Shown here one piece after another: positions 60,494 to 64,000 of a DNA stretch of 64,000 nt. The position numbers and the translations under genes are program-made. The stretch is from Bacteroidota bacterium (GTDB taxonomy: Bacteria; Bacteroidota; Rhodothermia; Rhodothermales; Bin80), in contig JAPOTS010000115.1 of NCBI GenBank assembly GCA_026709065.1, positions 5,929 through 69,928 on the forward strand, read 5' to 3'. The notes below the pieces were generated by a model. The model saw only the letters and a program-made list of their open reading frames with translations, was not told the DNA's origin and made no database searches. Every line of letters starts with the position of its first letter. Positions within the stretch are counted from its first letter, which is position 1.

Positions 60494-61909
60494 TCAATCA
60501 GATGATAGATGAACCTTGCGCCGAATTTCTTCTACTCGGTTCTGGTAATTTGCATCGGTTTCAATAAGGTTATTGACGCTTTTAATTGCGTGAACAACGG
60601 TCGAGTGATCCCGACCTCCAAATTGTAGGCCGATCGCTTTGTGAGTATAATCAAGTTCTCTACATAGATACATTGCGAGTTGTCGAACTTGAACGATTTC
60701 TCTTTTCTTAGTTTTTTCATGGAGCCGATGTTGGTCAATGCCAAAAAACTCACAGACCAGCTTTTGAACCCTGTCAATTGAAAGTGTTGCATGTGGGCGT
60801 TGAACGAAGTCTTTCAATGCAATCCTGACCAACTCTTCATTAATGTCTTGTTGGGTATAGGTGGCTTGCGCAAGAAGTCGAACGAGAGCGCCTTCAAGTT
60901 CGCGAACATTTTTTGTGATATTGTGGGCAATATAATCAACGACGGGAGAAGGAAGATTTAGTCCAAATTCTTCGGACTTTCTCAGTAGGATCGCTGTACG
61001 AGTTTCTAAGTCTGGTGGTTGTAGATCTGCCTGAAGGCCCCAACAGAAGCGGGACAGTAGGCGCTCCTCAATTCCGCTAATCTCTTTCGGTGGACGGTCA
61101 GCACTTAGTACGATCTGATTGCCGTTTTGTTGGAGATCATTGAAAATGCAGAAGAACTCCTCTTGGGTTTTTTCTTTTCCACCAAAAAACTGGACATCAT
61201 CTATAATGAGCAGATCAATTTTCCTGTACGCACTCGAGAATTTCGAAATCTGCTTTTCTTGAATGGCCTTAACAAAATCGGTTGTGAATCGCTCACTGGA
61301 AACATAGAGGACTTTTTTCTCAGGATGGTAATCGCGAACATGATTACCAATCGCCTGCATCAAATGCGTTTTCCCAAGCCCAACACCGCCATAAATTAAA
61401 AATGGATTGTACGCAGTTCCACCAGGACAGTCAGCAATGGCTTGAGAGGCGCTGTAAGCAAGATTGTTGCAGTCCCCTACAATGAATTTGTCAAACGTGT
61501 AGCTTTCAATGAGAGGGCTTTTTTTCTTAGAGTCGTTAGTATTTGTTACCTTCGGCTTAGGATTTATGCTTGTTTTCGTGGATGCTTGGACATGATAAGA
61601 TTGCTGGTCTTGCTCAGTGCTTTGTGTCACGACCACTTCATAATATAACAGACTCTGCTCCCCAAGAACTTGGGTCAAAGCCGAACGAATCAGCCCGCTA
61701 TACTGACCTTCAAGATATTCATAATGGAACGGTGCAGGAACGCGAATAATCAACTTTATGTTACCCGATTCTTCCTCTAAAACCACAGGTTCTAATTTGG
61801 TGAACCATGTTGCAAAGCCTTGGGGCGCAATGTGATTCCGAATAATAGCGAGGCATTCCCTCCAAGCAGATTCAGCAGTATGAGGCATAAAGGGAAAAGT
61901 CTGATTCAA
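60494..61909 (-). CDS. dnaA: Chromosomal replication initiator DnaA
   Basis: 471 aa. AAA+ Walker A GGVGLGKTHLMQAIGN, Walker B LLIIDDVQF, and C-terminal DNA-binding domain GGRDHSTVVHA. Confidence 0.95.
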   Translation of the reverse strand: MNQTFPFMPHTAESAWRECLAIIRNHIAPQGFATWFTKLEPVVLEEESGNIKLIIRVPAPFHYEYLEGQYSGLIRSALTQVLGEQSLLYYEVVVTQSTEQDQQSYHVQASTKTSINPKPKVTNTNDSKKKSPLIESYTFDKFIVGDCNNLAYSASQAIADCPGGTAYNPFLIYGGVGLGKTHLMQAIGNHVRDYHPEKKVLYVSSERFTTDFVKAIQEKQISKFSSAYRKIDLLIIDDVQFFGGKEKTQEEFFCIFNDLQQNGNQIVLSADRPPKEISGIEERLLSRFCWGLQADLQPPDLETRTAILLRKSEEFGLNLPSPVVDYIAHNITKNVRELEGALVRLLAQATYTQQDINEELVRIALKDFVQRPHATLSIDRVQKLVCEFFGIDQHRLHEKTKKREIVQVRQLAMYLCRELDYTHKAIGLQFGGRDHSTVVHAIKSVNNLIETDANYQNRVEEIRRKVHLSSD

Positions 61910-61998
61910 TCTGAATTAAGAAAAGCTGATCTTGTAAAAATAGGAAGAACTACAAATATAACCATTGAATAAGCTAGGATATAACAATGTTGCAAAAG

Positions 61999-62211
61999 TT
62001 ATCCACAACTTGTTCACAAAAATTTGACCATTTCAAATCACTCTGAAATCTGGAAAATTAGTGACAATTTTAAGGCGAGTTGACATTTCGGGGTAGAAAA
62101 TGACTAATTTCCGCCCAAAATATGCCAATAAATCGCTTTTCACTAAAAGTTACGACACTCAGATCAAATTCACGCCCAATCCAGTCTAAACTTATCCACA
62201 AGTTATTCACA
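61999..62211. promoter_or_regulatory. DnaA boxes upstream of dnaA
   Basis: Perfect TTATCCACA at 61999-62007 and 62192-62200. TTATTCACA at 62203-62211 has 1 mismatch and TTGTTCACA at 62010-62018 has 2. The surroundings are AT-rich. Confidence 0.6.
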
Positions 62212-62952
62212 GTTGTAAGAATTTTTCTAAATGAAATTGTAAAATTCTCAAATCGTTACAATTTCAGGCAATAGTCTATCAAATTTAGTGTATAAATATG
62301 CGGATTTGCTCCCATATTGCTAAGCATTGATGACCAGATTTTTCGAGGCATTAGTAATTCTTAGAGCAGACTTAAGTGATCCTATGAACAGGTATTTAAG
62401 TGGCTTTTGACAATCATTTGAAAGTCAATCCTATCAGATGGTTCAATGGGTAGATTTCATTTCTCCAATGATGATCAGATCTAAGTTTCATTCACGTCAT
62501 TGTTGTGGCCTTTTTGAATAGAGAGTGTTCCATTCCAATCTAATATGCAATGTCATCAGCACTAGTCAATCTATGTTTGATCAGTTGACGATACTCTGGA
62601 GTGCCAATAATGACGATCGTTGAACTGTGACTGATGGACTTAATAGGCACGAAGGGGCCATTCTATCTGCTATGATTTTGTCAAATTCAAGGAGGATGGA
62701 CGTTGAGACATTACGTAGTGTGCCGTAAATGACGATGGGTTTTCTCAACAAAGCATGTGCTACAATGGTATCTATACGAAAATCCCAAATGACACGATCC
62801 ATTGGTATGGATCCACTGACGAAGATGACGCTTACTGAATTCTGACATAGGCGAATAGAGGATCAACACTGAATTCGCGATCAGATCGCAGTTCATTCTG
62901 ATTATTTACTGAAAAAAATTGTAAAAAATCTTTTAAACGTGATGTACATATT

Positions 62953-63276
62953 ATGAAGAGCAACCCACCCGTTTCTGACCTGCCTTTGAACCTCTGTTTG
63001 ATCGCTATGCTTGGCGAGCAGAGTGCTCAGCGCGTACTGGAACTGGTGCACAAATTAGGAGACGATGGCGAAGAACTGGTGATGCTGTTGATTACAGAAT
63101 TGATCACTGCTAAAGAAGAGATCTTCAATGCACAAGAGACGATAGACTACCTTCAACGTCGTTTGTATGGGCAAAATCGGGAGCGTTTTACAGATCCCGA
63201 ACAAACTGAGCTCTTTGATGACTATATCCCTGAGGTGCATGCCCCCGAGAGTGAGGAGGAGGAAGAATTCGTGTAA
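62953..63276 (+). pseudogene. IS66-family transposase N-terminal fragment
   Basis: The 107-aa ORF has a coiled-coil and LQRRLYGQNRERFTDPEQTELFDD, resembling the IS66 N-terminal RxLFGxKSExxxxxQxxLF block. No downstream catalytic region follows. Confidence 0.5.
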
Positions 63277-63303
63277 ATTCCGTTCATTGATCAATTCACC
63301 AAA

Positions 63304-63522
63304 ATGGCTCTTTGCCCAATGGGGCGTATGACCTCTCGGGTTTTGGAGGCCGTTCGCCCCCACGCTGAGCAGGAGATTTTTTATGTATGGGATCCTCTGG
63401 CAGCGGTTTACTTGGTGCATCCTAATGTTGTGAGCTTGGAGCGATTTCCAGTTTCGGTTCAACCATCGGGCCCAATGCGGGCCCCTCCAGAAAGTCCAAC
63501 ACAGGATGTGAGTTTTCGGTAG
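63304..63522 (+). pseudogene. Possible nucleoside hydrolase C-terminal relic
   Basis: YVWDPLAAVYLVHPNVVSLERFPVSVQ resembles the (H)DPLAxAxxxxPxxxxxxxxxVxVE block of IU-nucleoside hydrolases. It is an isolated fragment. Confidence 0.3.
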
Positions 63523-64000
63523 CCATCAATGCAGAAGGGAACTGTTTATGCGTTACTTTATCGCCCCGTTTGTTGAGCTGACACTGTGATGCAATTGCAT
63601 GCGAGTTTGGCTTGAATTGAGCGATCAGACCAATGGTACTAATGATGGGCAATCACGGATATCTGGGCTTCTCAAATGAACCATCTTTGAAAGATATTGT
63701 AGGAAATGTAGTTTGTGATTGCATTCCCTGTCTAATGGATCTTTTGTAACCTACAAGAATCCTTGATCCAGGGTGCATTGCAAAGGGGGCCAGAACTAAA
63801 AATGTGCTTATTCAGGGTAGTGTGAATCTGAGAGTATGACCCATGATGAGTGTTGTCTGAGGTTTTTGTTTTGACACTATTGTTCTGAAATCATACGATA
63901 TCAGTGATCAAAGATACCGCACGAGTTATTGAGTTTTGTAATTTACGAATAGATATGCTATTATTTTATGATTCACCCCCATTTTTTCTTGTTTTTGAGT

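Noticed and set aside
62581-62896. Minus-strand small ORFs (VIWDFRIDTIVAHALLRKPIVIYGTLRNVS) as a possible N-terminal relic of the nucleoside hydrolase whose C-terminal relic lies at 63304-63522.
   Set aside because: The similarity to the DTDxGxDD N-terminal motif is poor, and the fragment is on the opposite strand from the putative C-terminal piece.
40962-63276. The two IS66 fragments (C-terminal part on the minus strand at 41 kb, N-terminal part on the plus strand at 63 kb) could be halves of one IS split by an inversion of the 21.5-kb dnaA-containing segment.
   Set aside because: Their orientation fits such an inversion. However, the fragments cover only about the first 100 aa and the last ~150 aa of a ~500-aa transposase. 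The middle is missing and no shared junction is visible. Independent decayed copies are equally likely, and the question cannot be settled without synteny data.

Overview
Chromosomal window from a moderately AT-rich Bacteroidota-like (FCB group) genome. Lineage cues are a SusC/SusD pair, an rpmB-rpmG-DUF4295 cluster and a DnaB P-loop intein as known from Rhodothermus. The window includes the dnaA-dnaN locus. Core genes: nadE, aroQ, rng, gltA, sdhCAB, moeA, nusB, ychF, a lolE-like permease, rpmB, rpmG, dnaB, a family 4 UDG, coaBC, gmk, frr, pyrH, tsf, rpsB, rpsI, rplM, dnaN, dnaA and four tRNAs. Unusual content: (1) A tRNA-Arg(UCU) gene is interrupted after anticodon position 36 by a 194-nt Azoarcus-like (IC3) group I intron, under 1 kb from the intein-containing dnaB. 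(2) A 5.1-kb cassette has IS1595-like imperfect terminal inverted repeats and a 9-bp flanking direct repeat. It carries a truncated IS1595 transposase and a complete Type III R-M system, whose mod frame is broken at a G10 tract. It is inserted in frame-preserving fashion into a T5orf172-like gene beside DUF5131 and a decayed TcmP. (3) A 963-aa single-chain protein combines a nuclease-like N-terminus with a gamma-class N6-adenine methyltransferase. (4) A translationally coupled three-gene operon splits the conserved pyrH-frr pair: a PEP-hydrolase-like TIM barrel, a cupin, and a 982-aa lipoprotein fusing a beta-propeller dehydrogenase, HEAT repeats, an azurin-like copper domain and ThuA. (5) A dense DnaA-box cluster with an AT-rich tract lies in a 1.7-kb gene desert about 34 kb from dnaA, and a second box set lies upstream of dnaA. 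(6) There are many relics: ISL3, two IS66 fragments, a sulfatase, a beta-propeller protein and a possible nucleoside hydrolase. No CRISPR array or rRNA gene was seen. All homology calls rest on motif recognition by eye; no database search was run.
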